Below are positions 33,669 through 45,795 of a stretch of 64,000 nt of DNA, piece after piece. The DNA lies in contig JBEUKZ010000071.1 of the NCBI GenBank assembly GCA_048128005.1, forward strand, positions 248,001 through 312,000, given 5' to 3'. Every line of letters begins with the position of its first letter. Within the stretch, counting starts at the first letter, position 1. The translations under genes were made by a program, and so were the position numbers. The notes beneath the pieces are model-generated. The model was not told the DNA's origin and searched no databases. It worked only from the letters and a program-made list of their open reading frames with translations. The DNA comes from Veleropilina oligotropha (Eukaryota).

Positions 33669-33917
33669 GGCAGAGCTGGGGGGACGCTCAGCCTACCACT
33701 TTAGTTAGCAGCGTGTGAAAAAAATAATTTACTCATATACCGGTACTTTGGCAAAATAATTCTTAGATGTTGGTAACAAATAACACTTCTGCACTGTCAG
33801 ACTGCAAGAGAGTGAATTTCACACCATTAATTCTTCAGCTTCAGCCCCCATGCGAATAGTTGATATTGTATTTCATACAGTTCAACCCCCCATGTAAAAA
33901 AGGCTCTGCTGCCCCTG
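33662..33917. mobile_element. MITE with CAGGGG termini and 5-bp TSD (hAT-like)
   Basis: TIR caggggcggcagagc / gctctgctgcccctg; actaa on both sides. Confidence 0.85.
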
Positions 33918-34126
33918 ACTAAGGATGATGCAGTGAAGTTTCCTGGACTAAGTTCTTAGGATGATGCGGTGAAGTATCCTGGACTAAGGATGATGCGGTG
34001 AAGTGTCCTGGACTTAGGATGATGCGGTGAAGTATCCTGGACTAAGGATGATGCAGTGAAGTATCCTGGACTAAGGATGATGCGGTGAAGTATCCTGGAC
34101 TAAGGATGATGCGGTGAAGTATCCTG
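33918..34126. repeat. 29-bp minisatellite
   Basis: actaaggatgatgcggtgaagtatcctgg, ~7 copies. Confidence 0.92.
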
Positions 34127-34349
34127 AACAAATCCTCAAGCATTTGTCAATCATACATCTTCTCAGCTTTGTGTATTTGATATCGTTTGTGTCTCTGGCG
34201 ACCATGATGCATAGGAAGTCACCCTTTTCTCAGTATTGATCAAGCACTCCTCTTTGACATGTAAAACACTTTTATATATATAACAACGAACTACCATGAG
34301 CTAGAATATTGAATCAAATCTATGATCTCGCATATCTGTTTTGTTGTAG

Positions 34350-34439
34350 GATGAAGATGGACAGCTATTCATCATAGGCCTCACTCTGCACATAGTGACA
34401 TCAGCGATAAACAGTTGGTTTGGAACGGATTATAAATGA
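34350..34439 (+). CDS. FBXO15: FBXO15-like terminal coding exon (DEDGQLFIIGLTLHIVTSAINSWFGTDYK*)
   Basis: ttgtag| acceptor; C-terminus INSWFGTDY matches the FBXO15 end INHWFGTEY. Confidence 0.87.
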   Translation, partial: DEDGQLFIIGLTLHIVTSAINSWFGTDYK

Positions 34440-34725
34440 TCAAACAAGTGATATTCTCTGTAATTGTTGTCTGGGAACGTGGGGTGCCTCGCAAAGTCTA
34501 GAGAAAGTGTCATTGTATCGGAATAGTTGCCGACATCATATGAACTTGGTTTGCCTAAAATATATGAAAGCCATAGTTACAAGATACATCTTTCATTTAA
34601 TGGTAATCATTAGGAAAATTAGATTTTACAGAGAGGAATGGAATCGTCTGTGGTGACCTTGTAATGTTAATGGTATTATTGTCAATTGTCCTAGGCTGCC
34701 AAGCAGTGTAGTGGATAAGTGTTAT

Positions 34726-35057
34726 TGTGCCGTCGAGGCTCAGTGGGTTGTTCACAGGACTTTGGTCACAGAGTCTTGGGTTCCCCCTCAAAGCTCGGCG
34801 ATTTCCCTTGGGCAAGAAAATAAGCATATATTTGCCTCGGTCCACCCAGCCGATTTGAATGGGTACCTGGTTGGCAGTTATGTAAGTAATGGCACTACAC
34901 GCGTGTAAATTACTGTAATGCTCCCAGAGGGAGTTGAGATGGCATATCGAGTGGAACAGGCCCATAACCAGGGGTAATAAATAATAATGTTCAGCGCATC
35001 GAGACATTTGTGTAATAATGGGCTATATAAGACCGTTAAATTAATTAATTAATTAAT
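34726..35057 (+). mobile_element. tRNA-derived SINE (CORE/Nin-like central domain, L2-like tail)
   Basis: A-box-like ggctcagtgg; ccttgggcaag...ccacccag...aatgggtacc core; tail cagcgcatcgagac...gctatataaga + (ttaa)n. Confidence 0.82.
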
Positions 35058-35564
35058 TGTAGCCACGGCCTTAATTGCATTATGAGTCAGAGTAATTTAT
35101 TACATAAATGATGCTGTTGTTCATCGGTAATTCATTCATCTATAATTTCACTCACGTGATTGAAATTATCAAAACGCATCATGTGATGTCTTAGAAACAT
35201 TGTCCTTGGCGACAGCGCACACATTCGTTCTTCCACAAAAATAAACATGGCTATACAATATTAACATTATTCATAAGATATAGAATATACTTTCAAGTTA
35301 ATAGGTATCATGTGGTCTCATTACAGAGTACATTTTGATGAATCGGAAAGAAACTGCTGTTGTTGCATTATTTTGTATCACCTTCTATACTTTAATATAT
35401 GGTGCGGATTGGTGCCTTATGTTGTCTTAAAAGAAATACGTAATTTTGTCCCTGTCAAAAATTGCTGATAAATATAAAACATGTAATGGTTGAAACGCTG
35501 TAATACATCGTCATATCATTTGGTTGCTTTAAATACTATTCGTTATTGTATTACTACAATACTA

Positions 35565-35768
35565 CAGCCGATATAAATGGGTACCTGGTAGGCAGTTATG
35601 TAAGTCACGGCGCTACCCGCGTGTAAATGACTGTAATGCTCCCAGAGGGAGTTGAGATGGCATATCGAATGGAATAGGCCCATAACCAGGGGTAATAATG
35701 TTCAGCGCATTGAGACACTAGCGTAATAATGCGCTATATAAGACCGGAGTATTATTATTATTATTATT
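35565..35768 (+). mobile_element. 5'-truncated copy of the same SINE
   Basis: Close match to 34846-35035, ends in (tta)n. Confidence 0.82.
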
Positions 35769-36327
35769 CATCGCCATACCACAAAATGCCTTGTTGAGTG
35801 ACAGAATGACTGGTCAAGCGCCTAACAGGGAACGAACAGCTACGCCAATAAAAAGGGAATAATCATGATTTAAGCAATTTGAGCATGCCTTTGTATTTGT
35901 AAGCGCAAGATAAATCTTCACCATTATTACATGGATTTCAACCCACTTCTGTTAATCAGAGCAGTCAAGCCACGCTCTTACCCACTGCTCCATGAGGACC
36001 TAGAAAAGGTCAGTCACAAACATAACATACGCCATTTTGGTGAAATATGATGCGAGTACTAGCATGGTTCATCGTGTTTAATATTAAAACAAGGACGAAC
36101 TGTGATCTGCTTGTATGTTTACGCAAGTGTATATGTGATGTGCCATAATATTATTAATATATAGATTATTCTAAATTATATACAAACCTTATTTATATTA
36201 AATGTTTTATGTATACGACTGCAAAGGTACGGTACGGATGCATTAAAAGTCGTTATTTTACTTGCCAAAATAAACTATTGCAAACAAATGTTGTTCTCAG
36301 AATCACTTTTACATATATAGACATATT

Positions 36328-37560
36328 GTTTTCACCAACGTTGGGCAGGCGGGCGGATAGAAGTTGTCCGCTCAATAACTAGAGTAATTTTCATCCAATC
36401 TTGACCAAACTTGGTAAATATGTTTCTAGCGATAATATCTAGGTCAGGTTCGATAGCCAGCGTCATCGGACCGTTAGAACTAGAGTTATGGCCCTTGCAA
36501 TATGCAAAATACACAGTGTCCACTCAATAAGTTGAGTAATTTTTATTATTTCTTCACCAAACTTGGTAAAGATATTTGTAGCGATAATATCTAGGTCAAG
36601 TTCGACAGCCAGTGTCATCAGACCTCTAGAACTAGAGTTATGGCCCTTGAAATATGTAAAATTGACATGTCCGCTCGATAGTTAACGAGAGTACTTTGTA
36701 TTCATTCTTCACCAAACCTGGTCAAGATGTTTGTAGCGATAATATCTAGATCAAGTTCGATAGACAACGTTATCGGAATGTTAGAACCAGAGTTATTACC
36801 CTTGAATTATGTAAATTTGACATGTCCGCTCGATAATGCGAGCAATTTTTATTCATTCTTCACCAAACTTGGGAAAGGTGTTTGTACCGATAATATCTAT
36901 GTGACGTTCGATAGACAACGTCATCGGACCGTTAGAACTAGAGTTGTGCCCCTTGAAATATGCAAAATTGACATAATACAGTGTCCACTCGATAACTTGA
37001 GCAATTTGTATTCATTCTTCACCAAACATGGTCAAGTTGTTTGTAGCGATAATATCTAGGTCAAGTTCGATATCCAGAGTTATCTCCTTTGAAATATAAC
37101 TGAGAAGTTTGAATATGCCTTGAAGTATTGAGCATTATGCATTAACATTCTTTCTTTGGTTACAAATAGAATTTTAGAGGTGAAAGTTTGTTTGTTTTGT
37201 ATACATATATAAATATTGCGTGTACAATGGTAATTGACATGTGATTATCTGTAAGACTTGCTCACTGCCAATAGGCACAGTAAGCTGTTTAGCTTAATGG
37301 TCAGTCTGTGAAGCTGGGATTTTCAAAATCGGAAATTAAACTGATCTTGAAAACTGCCTTCCCATTGATTAATTCCAATGGTATCTTGAAATGGCAGTAT
37401 GTTGCCATTATACAAGAGCAAACTGTATTCAGTGTCTAATGTCACTCTGGTCAAATGGTTGGGGTTCAAATTATCAGGTAATATGGTTCTTGAATTATGT
37501 AAATTATGCAAAATTGACTTTCTAGAGTCTGATTGATGACTCGAGCAAATTTCATCCATC
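36328..37560 (+). mobile_element. HINE-like element D (~155-bp repeats + segment shared with the Helentron at 50734)
   Basis: (ggcg)n short microsatellite and 4-5 tandem repeats; 37115-37470 homologous to 51385-51755. Termini not clearly resolved. Confidence 0.6.
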
Positions 37561-37599
37561 ATTCATCACATTTGTTCATGCGAAAATGCTTCATTATTT

Positions 37600-37830
37600 T
37601 GCAAACAATTTGCTCGCGACTGCAATAGAACATCGAGATGGGCGTATATTGTGACCTGGCACTCTTGTTGAGATTGGCATTCATTGTTTGCTCGTGACTT
37701 CAATAGAACATTGATACGGGCGTATATTGTGACCTGGCACTCTTGTTTAGATTGGCGTTCATTGTTTGCTTTCGACTTCAATAGAACATTGAGCCGGCGT
37801 ATATTGTGACCTGTTCCTCTTGTTTAAGCA
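37600..37830. repeat. ~82-bp tandem repeat, 3 copies
   Basis: caatagaacat...ggcgtatattgtgacctg...ctcttgtt repeated. Confidence 0.85.
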
Positions 37831-39679
37831 TCTGATCAGGGGGATTTTGAAAGTAAATTGCACATCTAATAGACTTAAATAGTCTTGATCTTGTATATCA
37901 TAGGATGATGATGAATTGATGTTTAATGACCGCGACTACCTTATTTAAGTCTTAAATCGGGTCAATCAACTATGAATGATGACATGAATGGTGGTGTGAA
38001 ATTGAGGTCATGGTTTATCAAAGGAAACGGGTTGTAGTTGATGGTGGGCAGCCGGACTCGTGAGTGCGATGCACAGTGACCGGTGGCTGGACAAGGAGCA
38101 CATATGGTGGGCAGCTCGACTCGTGCTCGCGAGTGTGATGTACAGTGACCATTGGCTGGACAATGAGCACATACACCTTTCACCTCTGCGGGTTGTGTGT
38201 TCTTTGATGCAGGTGACCTGGATTCTCCTCAGCAATGAATTTGGTAGATGACCAGGCTTCCTGTGGCAAGTGAGAACAGTTGAAAATTACATCACTCTGA
38301 TCCAATAATCATGTCTTCCACTTTACTCAGGACAACTTGAAGAATATAAAAATCCCAGTAGAACCTTCGTTCCATGTGACAAATAATCGAGATCTGATTA
38401 GTTGAAATGGTAATTTTATGACCACAGCTTAACGAACAGTCATATTGTATTAGAAAACTCTTTTAAACATATCCGCTTGAAGGACATATAACAGGTTTTA
38501 ATTATTCCTTGTATTAGTTTTAAGCCGCGCTGTTCGCAAGACTTGGAATCATGTCCTATCAGCCTCAGTGAGTGTCTTGCAAGCTAACCACTCGATCGTC
38601 GAAGCCACTTCGGGATCAAAGTAACATGGTCCATCATTATCCAGTGATAACGTTAACAGGCCGTTCCAATTGACTAATATGCAGCAGAAATGGATTTATC
38701 ATTTGAAACACAGTTCAGACATCAAAATCACCCTAAATTTTGAAAGTAAGAACAATTGAGGCAAGTGGTCAAATATCCACAACTAATATTACAATTTGAA
38801 ACACAAATGGATGGGTCATTGTAACAACAAACCTTTGGATTTGAGTTTCAACATGAAATCTTTATTGGATCTTCAAATAATATAATCATGGCAGCTAGCT
38901 AGTGCTCACATGATGATATGTGGCACATGATGATATGTGAAATTTGCATAAATTAACATAATATAATTTACGATGATATGTATAACACAGACTCAAATTT
39001 ACATTTAATGTATTTACAATTTATAAATATAGCATTGCAAAACACAACTAAAATCAAATAATCTGACTATTACATAGAGAAGATAGATGACTTACATTTC
39101 ACACATGCAGCATGATAATTAAAGGAACAACTCGGTCAAAAAAAATCAATGTCACCTTAATCGGCTGCTTGCAAGCATCACAAAATCAAATATTAAATTC
39201 TATTTGATAACATTGTATGTTTTTAGTGATTCACAGAAATGTCCAGCTCATGATGTTGTTTAATTGTCCCAGAAAATAGGCACAGTCATGTTTGAAATAT
39301 GTCTATATTATCATGTAAGGACCCTGGAATTAGTTCAACAAAATCGAACATAATATTATGAACAACATAGATTTAAACATGAGTTAATAAATATAAACTT
39401 GGCTCTAGAACTAAACAGCGACAGCATTGCACCATCCCTGCAGTCAACAACATAAATCGTATACACGCGGTACAAATTAGTGGTCAACAATGATCTTAAA
39501 TGCCCATATAGGTATTGAATTACCAATTAACCACGAAGGATTTCTACATCCATTTTACAAATATTGCAACATTTCTTCTTAAACAATAATGTCTATGAGA
39601 AATGATTACTGGTCACTCAATACAAACAATTACACAATTATTGGTTGATTTTAAGTGTATATTGTAACATGTCTTTTTA

Positions 39680-42600
39680 TATTCATTGTTTGGCGAGCAG
39701 ACTGCTGTTGTTTCAGCTCTGTGTTTGACGTCAATTTTACCAGGGAAAACACGCGTGCACAGCTTCAAGAGTTATACCAAATTTCAGCTAAGTATCTGTG
39801 GAACATTGCAACATAATTATTACGGTTATTCATTGGTATATATCGACATATATTAATGAAAGAAAGTTTTTCTGACATTGTTTTCTTCTGATTATCATTA
39901 CCACAACAAACATGAAATGTGAACAACTTCCATTATCGTCTTAACAAAGAAGTGTTAATCTGACCCTTGTGCGCGTACACAATAACCAGAGAACAAAAAA
40001 CCAGTTCTGCTCGAGTGATCTGAATGCTCGCATGACTGCATTACCTGTGTCAATTAACAACCAATAATAGGAATTTACATCAGGACAAATAATTGCTGTC
40101 ATTATGGCAATAAGATACTGTCCTAAATTTATTAAAAGTTTGGCAACATCACCTATTGTTGCCCTACCCAGACAAGTGAGAAAAATACTTTTTAAACATC
40201 ATATATGGAATCCAAGAGAACCGACCAGTACACATCGAATACAAGTAATCAGTAAGAAGAACATAAGTGGTAAACGACATATTAACACCGGTGTTAACAT
40301 TCATAACCTCGTAAAAATAAAAATGGATCCGCACCAAAGCATACAAAACAACAAACTGTCTTCAACAAAATGCCTAACGGTTGGCGTGCTGAACGCACAA
40401 TCCACACGCAACAAAACTGATGTTATACGTGACTCTATTATTGAACACGACATCGATATTATGGCACTGACAGAAACATGGCTTACGTCTAAAGCAAAGG
40501 ATGAGTTCTTTGTCAATGCTTTGTCACTATCTGGATATAAACTTCATAGTGTCCCACGCAAAGGGAATCAAGGCCATGGCGGCGTTGCAATACTACACAA
40601 AGCTAACCTCAAAGTTACATCGAAATCTGAAAATGCCTCTTTGGATAGTTTTGAACATTGTCAAGTCTGTCTTACAACACGCTCTCGATGCCTCAGTGTG
40701 ATCGTGATTTACAGACCCCCTCCGTCAAAAAAGAACAAACTCTCTACTAAAATGTTCTTTGACCAATTCAGTGTTTTCCTGCAGGATTGTTTGTCCGTAG
40801 CTGGTGATCTGGTCATTGTTGGAGATTTGAACATCCATTTAGATAGACCAAGTGAACACGATCCCAATCGTCTACTGACATTGCTTGATTCCATGAACTA
40901 TGAGCAACATGTGATGTCAGCTACCCATCGTTCAGGTCATATCTTAGATGTCGTCATATCGAGATGTAACGAGAACGTTATCCACGATATTACAGTGAGT
41001 GACATGATATCTGACCATAATCTTGTGTTATGCAAAGTAAAACACCCTAAGCCATCCCCACTACGTGTGAAAGTCATCACCAGGAAGTTGCGCAGCGTGG
41101 ATTTGTCTGAAGTGAAACAGGACATTTTGGCGTCAACGATGTCTACTAGTGATGATCCGTCCATACTCACCAAGTGCTATGATCAAACACTTTCTTCCAT
41201 CATCGACAAACATGCTCCCTCGAGAATAAAAATGATTACCATCCGCCCCTCTCAGCCATGGTTCACAGATGAGCTGCATCAGGCAAAATGTGACAAACGG
41301 AAAGCGGAACGTAGGTGGAGGGATACTGGTCTTGTCGTACACAAGGACATTTTTCGTTCGGTCATGACACAGTACAGTAATATGCTGAAAGACGCCCAAT
41401 CTAGATATTATAACACCCAAATAATTGAGTGCGGCACAGATATGAAAGCCTTGAGCAGAACAATGAACAACATCATGAACCGAAAGAAAAATGTTAAGCT
41501 ACCGGTCCACACATCAGCTGAGACACTAGCTAATACCTTCGCCAATTATTTTGACGAGAAGGTTCGCAAGATCCGTTCTGTTCTCATTGATGACACCAGT
41601 TTTAATATTGGACTGCCCCCATGTGCGTCTGTCATAACTGACTATACTCCTGTGTCTGAAGATGAACTCAGAAAAATGACAACCAGGTCTCCTACCAAAG
41701 GCTGTTCTCTCGATCCAATGCCCACATGGATGCTAAAAAGTGTGATGAACGAATTGTTACCTTTTATGACTGATATTGTCAATGCATCCTTGGCAACTGG
41801 TCAGGTACCCGATTCGATGAAGGTCGCCATAATCACCCCTGTCCTGAAAAAGCCTTCTCTGAACCAAGAGTCTCTAAAAAACTACCGGCCATTGAGCAAT
41901 CTCTCCTTTCTGTCTAAGATCTTAGAGAAGGTGATTGCCTGTAGACTTCACAAATATATGAAGGATAACAACCTACACGACCCTCTACAATCCGCCTACA
42001 AAGCTGGGCATAGCACAGAGACTGCACTTGTCAAGATCCAAAATGATCTGCTACGCACAATCGATGACCACGGCATTGCCATACTGATTCTACTGGACCT
42101 AAGTGCAGCCTTCGACACTGTTGATCACAAAGTGCTACTGAAAAGGCTACATGATCTAGGAATACGTGGAACTGCACATAAATGGTTCAAATCCTATCTT
42201 ACAGGTCGTAGCCAGTACATCAAGATTGATCAGTCCACTTCAGCTGTACTAGAGCTGCTTTTTGGGGTGCCTCAGGGGTCCGTACTAGGACCCTTACTAT
42301 TTTTGATATATCTTCTACCACTTCAACACCTTGTTCGATCTCATGGAATGGTTATGCACGGCTATGCTGATGATACTCAGTTATATTTAACATTCAGCAA
42401 CCCCAGTGACCCTGATGTGTTGATAGCTGATTGCCAACGCGTAGAGAAGTGCTTATCAGATATACACTTGTGGATGGCATCTAATAAGTTGAAGCTCAAC
42501 TCCGACAAGACGGACATAATGCTTTTGGGCACTCGCAAGTGCCTCGCCAGTATACACGTTCCTTCAGTGGATGTTGCTGGAACAGCTGTGGTGGTGTCAA

Positions 42601-43334
42601 AAGGTCCAATTCGGAACTTGGGTGTTGAACTTGATTCATCTCTGACCATGGTCCAACATGTCAGTCAAATGGTTAAGAATGCGAGTTTCAATATTCACAA
42701 CATTGGCAGAATTCGACGCAGACTGACAGATGCGACAGCTCAAACGCTTGTGCAATCATTAGTGATATCAAGGCTGGACTACTGCAATGCCTTGCTCTGT
42801 GGACTCCCTGATGATCAAATATCCAGGCTTCAAATTGTCCAAAATAAAGCTGCTCGTCTGGTCACACTCACTAAGAAAACGGAACACATAACTCCCGTCC
42901 TGAAAGGTCTACATTGGCTTCCCATTAAACTCCGAATCGACTTCAAGGTTCTGCTTATGGTGTACAAGGCCCTGCACGACAAAGCTCCTCAATACGTCCG
43001 CGACATGCTGATCGACTACAAGCCGGCAAGACAATTGCGCTCAACATCATCCAACTTTCTATCCGAACCAAGAACCAAACTTAAATCTGCGGGCGATAGA
43101 GCATTCTCTGCTTACGCTCCACGTCTTTGGAACAAACTTAGCATGGACATTAAACAGGCGGCATCAACTGACTCTTTTTAAGAAAAAACTAAAAACTCAT
43201 CTATTCAGACAACATTATCAACTATAATTAATTTTGTATATTTTATTTACTATCTGATGTTAAGCGCGTTTGAGCATTTTGTTATGGAAATCGCGCTATA
43301 TAAGAATCACTTATTATTATTATTATTATTATTA
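39680..43334 (+). mobile_element. Near-full-length L2-group LINE, single large ORF
   Basis: ORF 40104-43181, short 3' UTR with aagcgcg...cgcgctatataag and (tta)n tail; 5' boundary approximate. Confidence 0.88.
40104..43181 (+). CDS. L2 ORF2: APE endonuclease + reverse transcriptase (1025 aa)
   Basis: LNAQS, LTETW, IYRPP, GDLN, LD, SDH (APE); NYRPLSNL, LLDLSAAFDTVDH, GVPQGSVLGP, YADD. One extra T at ~43175-43179 removes the last residues (KKKLKTHLFRQHYQL). Confidence 0.96.
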   Translation: MAIRYCPKFIKSLATSPIVALPRQVRKILFKHHIWNPREPTSTHRIQVISKKNISGKRHINTGVNIHNLVKIKMDPHQSIQNNKLSSTKCLTVGVLNAQSTRNKTDVIRDSIIEHDIDIMALTETWLTSKAKDEFFVNALSLSGYKLHSVPRKGNQGHGGVAILHKANLKVTSKSENASLDSFEHCQVCLTTRSRCLSVIVIYRPPPSKKNKLSTKMFFDQFSVFLQDCLSVAGDLVIVGDLNIHLDRPSEHDPNRLLTLLDSMNYEQHVMSATHRSGHILDVVISRCNENVIHDITVSDMISDHNLVLCKVKHPKPSPLRVKVITRKLRSVDLSEVKQDILASTMSTSDDPSILTKCYDQTLSSIIDKHAPSRIKMITIRPSQPWFTDELHQAKCDKRKAERRWRDTGLVVHKDIFRSVMTQYSNMLKDAQSRYYNTQIIECGTDMKALSRTMNNIMNRKKNVKLPVHTSAETLANTFANYFDEKVRKIRSVLIDDTSFNIGLPPCASVITDYTPVSEDELRKMTTRSPTKGCSLDPMPTWMLKSVMNELLPFMTDIVNASLATGQVPDSMKVAIITPVLKKPSLNQESLKNYRPLSNLSFLSKILEKVIACRLHKYMKDNNLHDPLQSAYKAGHSTETALVKIQNDLLRTIDDHGIAILILLDLSAAFDTVDHKVLLKRLHDLGIRGTAHKWFKSYLTGRSQYIKIDQSTSAVLELLFGVPQGSVLGPLLFLIYLLPLQHLVRSHGMVMHGYADDTQLYLTFSNPSDPDVLIADCQRVEKCLSDIHLWMASNKLKLNSDKTDIMLLGTRKCLASIHVPSVDVAGTAVVVSKGPIRNLGVELDSSLTMVQHVSQMVKNASFNIHNIGRIRRRLTDATAQTLVQSLVISRLDYCNALLCGLPDDQISRLQIVQNKAARLVTLTKKTEHITPVLKGLHWLPIKLRIDFKVLLMVYKALHDKAPQYVRDMLIDYKPARQLRSTSSNFLSEPRTKLKSAGDRAFSAYAPRLWNKLSMDIKQAASTDSF

Positions 43335-43370
43335 TATGATTATCGATATGTGACATCGTCTATATTATAG

Positions 43371-43626
43371 GAGGAATGATGCTTAATGTCCTGTATATTT
43401 ACAACATCGAGGTTCAAGGCAGGACATCTCCGTGTTATCGCGGGAGGAAACCCCGGTCGCCTGGGTAAACCCGCCCTCTTCGGCCAGTCACGGACAACTG
43501 TGATTCATAACTTGAACAAATGTCAATGCCTCTGCCAGGTATTGAACCCACTACTGTTCGCATTAACGGAATCAAGCCAGTGGATTTGGAGTGGACACTC
43601 TTACCCACTGCGCTGCCGAAGCGGCC
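43371..43626 (-). mobile_element. Full-length V-like tRNA SINE
   Basis: Nearly identical to 24330-24591; TSD tctatattatag (43359-43370, 43634-43645). Confidence 0.9.
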
Positions 43627-43716
43627 TCTATATTCTATATTATAGAGGGGGGAAAGTTTGGATTATCCAGTGAAAATATCTGTTAACTCAAATAATCATT
43701 GAGATGAGGACTCTAA

Positions 43717-45309
43717 GGCTGTGTTCACACCGAGTTAGAATCGCACAGGCTGTGTGATTCAAGCTCTGTATGAACACCCTCAAATGGGTATTCGGAGCAA
43801 TGTTTGAACCTCCAAATATATAGGGTGTCCCAAAAAAATGTCCCCTATTGAATCCCTAAAATATTTCGGGAATGTGACCAAGTCATGTTTTCTTGTTCCA
43901 TAGAGGTGAAAGTTTTGCTTGATACCATTTGGTCATATTGAAATATGACCATAATGACAATTGAGCAGAGAACAATAATAGTTGGGTTGTGGCTCCTCTC
44001 AAAAAGTGTATCCAAGGTTCAACGTCAATTCTGTATGCATTGTCACCCTCATCCTCGTCAAGCATTGGTCAGGATAACAAATCAGAGATTTGTCGAAAAG
44101 TATTGACTGATGACTGTCTGCGATCATCACATGGGACAAAATGGCAGTTGGTGGACTGGTCGCAGTGAGGATAATGTGGAAATTGTGATGGAGTCGGTCA
44201 CTCACAGTTCTTTAACATCGGGGCGTCTAATCTCAGTTCAGACAAACAATTCATTGATTTGGTGAATTCTCAAGGACTATATCATTATCCATGCTTTCCA
44301 AAGCAAACTTAGGTTGGAAAATAATTTAGTGATCTACAAAAAGCCAAAAGACTTGAAATTTGCGATGGTTCTGCAAAAGAATATAAGAGGAGTCACATTT
44401 CCTATGGTAGTTGCACATGACTGATAAATGTCACTCTCATTTATCCGGAGTTGTGAACATGCAAAAATTGCAGATACTGGGAAATTGACAGCCATGATAA
44501 TGAGGAAACCGAATCCCAAGATATGTGTTGAAGTTACCATGTGGGTAGCCATCAAGCGGTCCAGCATAACTGGCCCGTATATGGTTGCGTTGATGCATTC
44601 TGTCATTGGACAGCGAGATGGATGGGTGGAACATGTTGTGTAAAATACAGCTAGAGAGGAGCGTAAATCCTTTCAGGACAAATCCGCTTTGTTATAAATG
44701 ATTACATGACAAAATTTCCATCTGTCTACTTCGTAAAATGGCTACATAACAAAAATTTCCATCTTTTGGCTTCAAAATCCGTCACTTTATATTGGCCCAA
44801 AATAACTTTGCATCCATCAATTTTTAAGTTCAAATAGGGGACATTTTTAAAAGTTAAACTTGCGATTCAAACTCGGTGGGAACACTTGCAGGTGCAGGAG
44901 CCCTCGGCACACTTCTAATCTCACGAGAATTGCTTTTTCGCCATTTTCTGAAGTTATAGCTAATAACATAAACAACAAGTTTGTTTGCCTGGATACCAGT
45001 AACTGTTGTTTTTCTAGACATAAGTTTCTGAAGTTTATTCATTACACTTCACTATGTCAACAAAGGTGCTGAATATGTTATTTTAAATTGATACAATACG
45101 TCAAAGGCTACTTTGCATGAAGTATGGTGACGTATCGATGCATGGTCACCTCTCGTGAATGCATGTGTCGCCATCTGTTATCTCATCCGCAACACTAAAC
45201 GGCAAGTTGCTAATAATTTTAAGCTGGTCATTTGAACTTTTGGTGAGATCAACAGCATCGGATTAAATTTGTACCGATAGATAAGTTCAATCTCGGTGGG
45301 AACACGGCC
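43717..45309. mobile_element. PIF/Harbinger-type MITE with nested mariner relic
   Basis: taa|ggctgtgttcacaccgag ... ctcggtgggaacacggcc|taa (TAA TSD). Confidence 0.78.
43820..44848 (+). mobile_element. Degenerate Tc1/mariner-superfamily element
   Basis: TIR tagggtgtcccaaaaaaatgtcccctatt with partial inverted copy aataggggacattttt; remnant peptide PNP..VTMWVAI..ITGPY resembles DDxD mariner-like transposases. Confidence 0.65.
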
Positions 45310-45795
45310 TAACCAACTTTTGGTACCAAGGCAACTTCACAATGCCTGCGCAACAAATATTGATATACTTCAATTATGGCAAGCAAAATGTCCAGTGAAA
45401 CTCAAATTGTATGACAAAGTATTAAGTTATATTTTGAGTGTTGCTTACACTTTTCACAAAACATGCAGACATGATTGAATACTAGTATATAAGGATGGCT
45501 GAACAATGCAAAATAAAATCATCGAAACAATATTTACAAAACAAATTAATTTAAAAAATCTGATTAATTAAATATTAATTAAGCATTTAACTCATTCTGC
45601 ATACATGTATATTGTAAGTGGACTAATATGGCAACATAACAAAAGGTACCGTTCATTGTCTGGTGATGATCGCGGCAAGTGGGTTTACAATGGAGAGAAT
45701 GCGCATCCTTGTTCACATACTACCGGTACTGATTCTACATAATTAATACACGTATTGACAGTGTTACTGTACATCGTTATTACATGCGCTCCTTC

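Noticed and set aside
35930..38610. tRNA-like heads on the minus strand near 35930-36000 and 38520-38610
   Set aside because: No complete cloverleaf; most likely decayed SINE heads, not tRNA genes.
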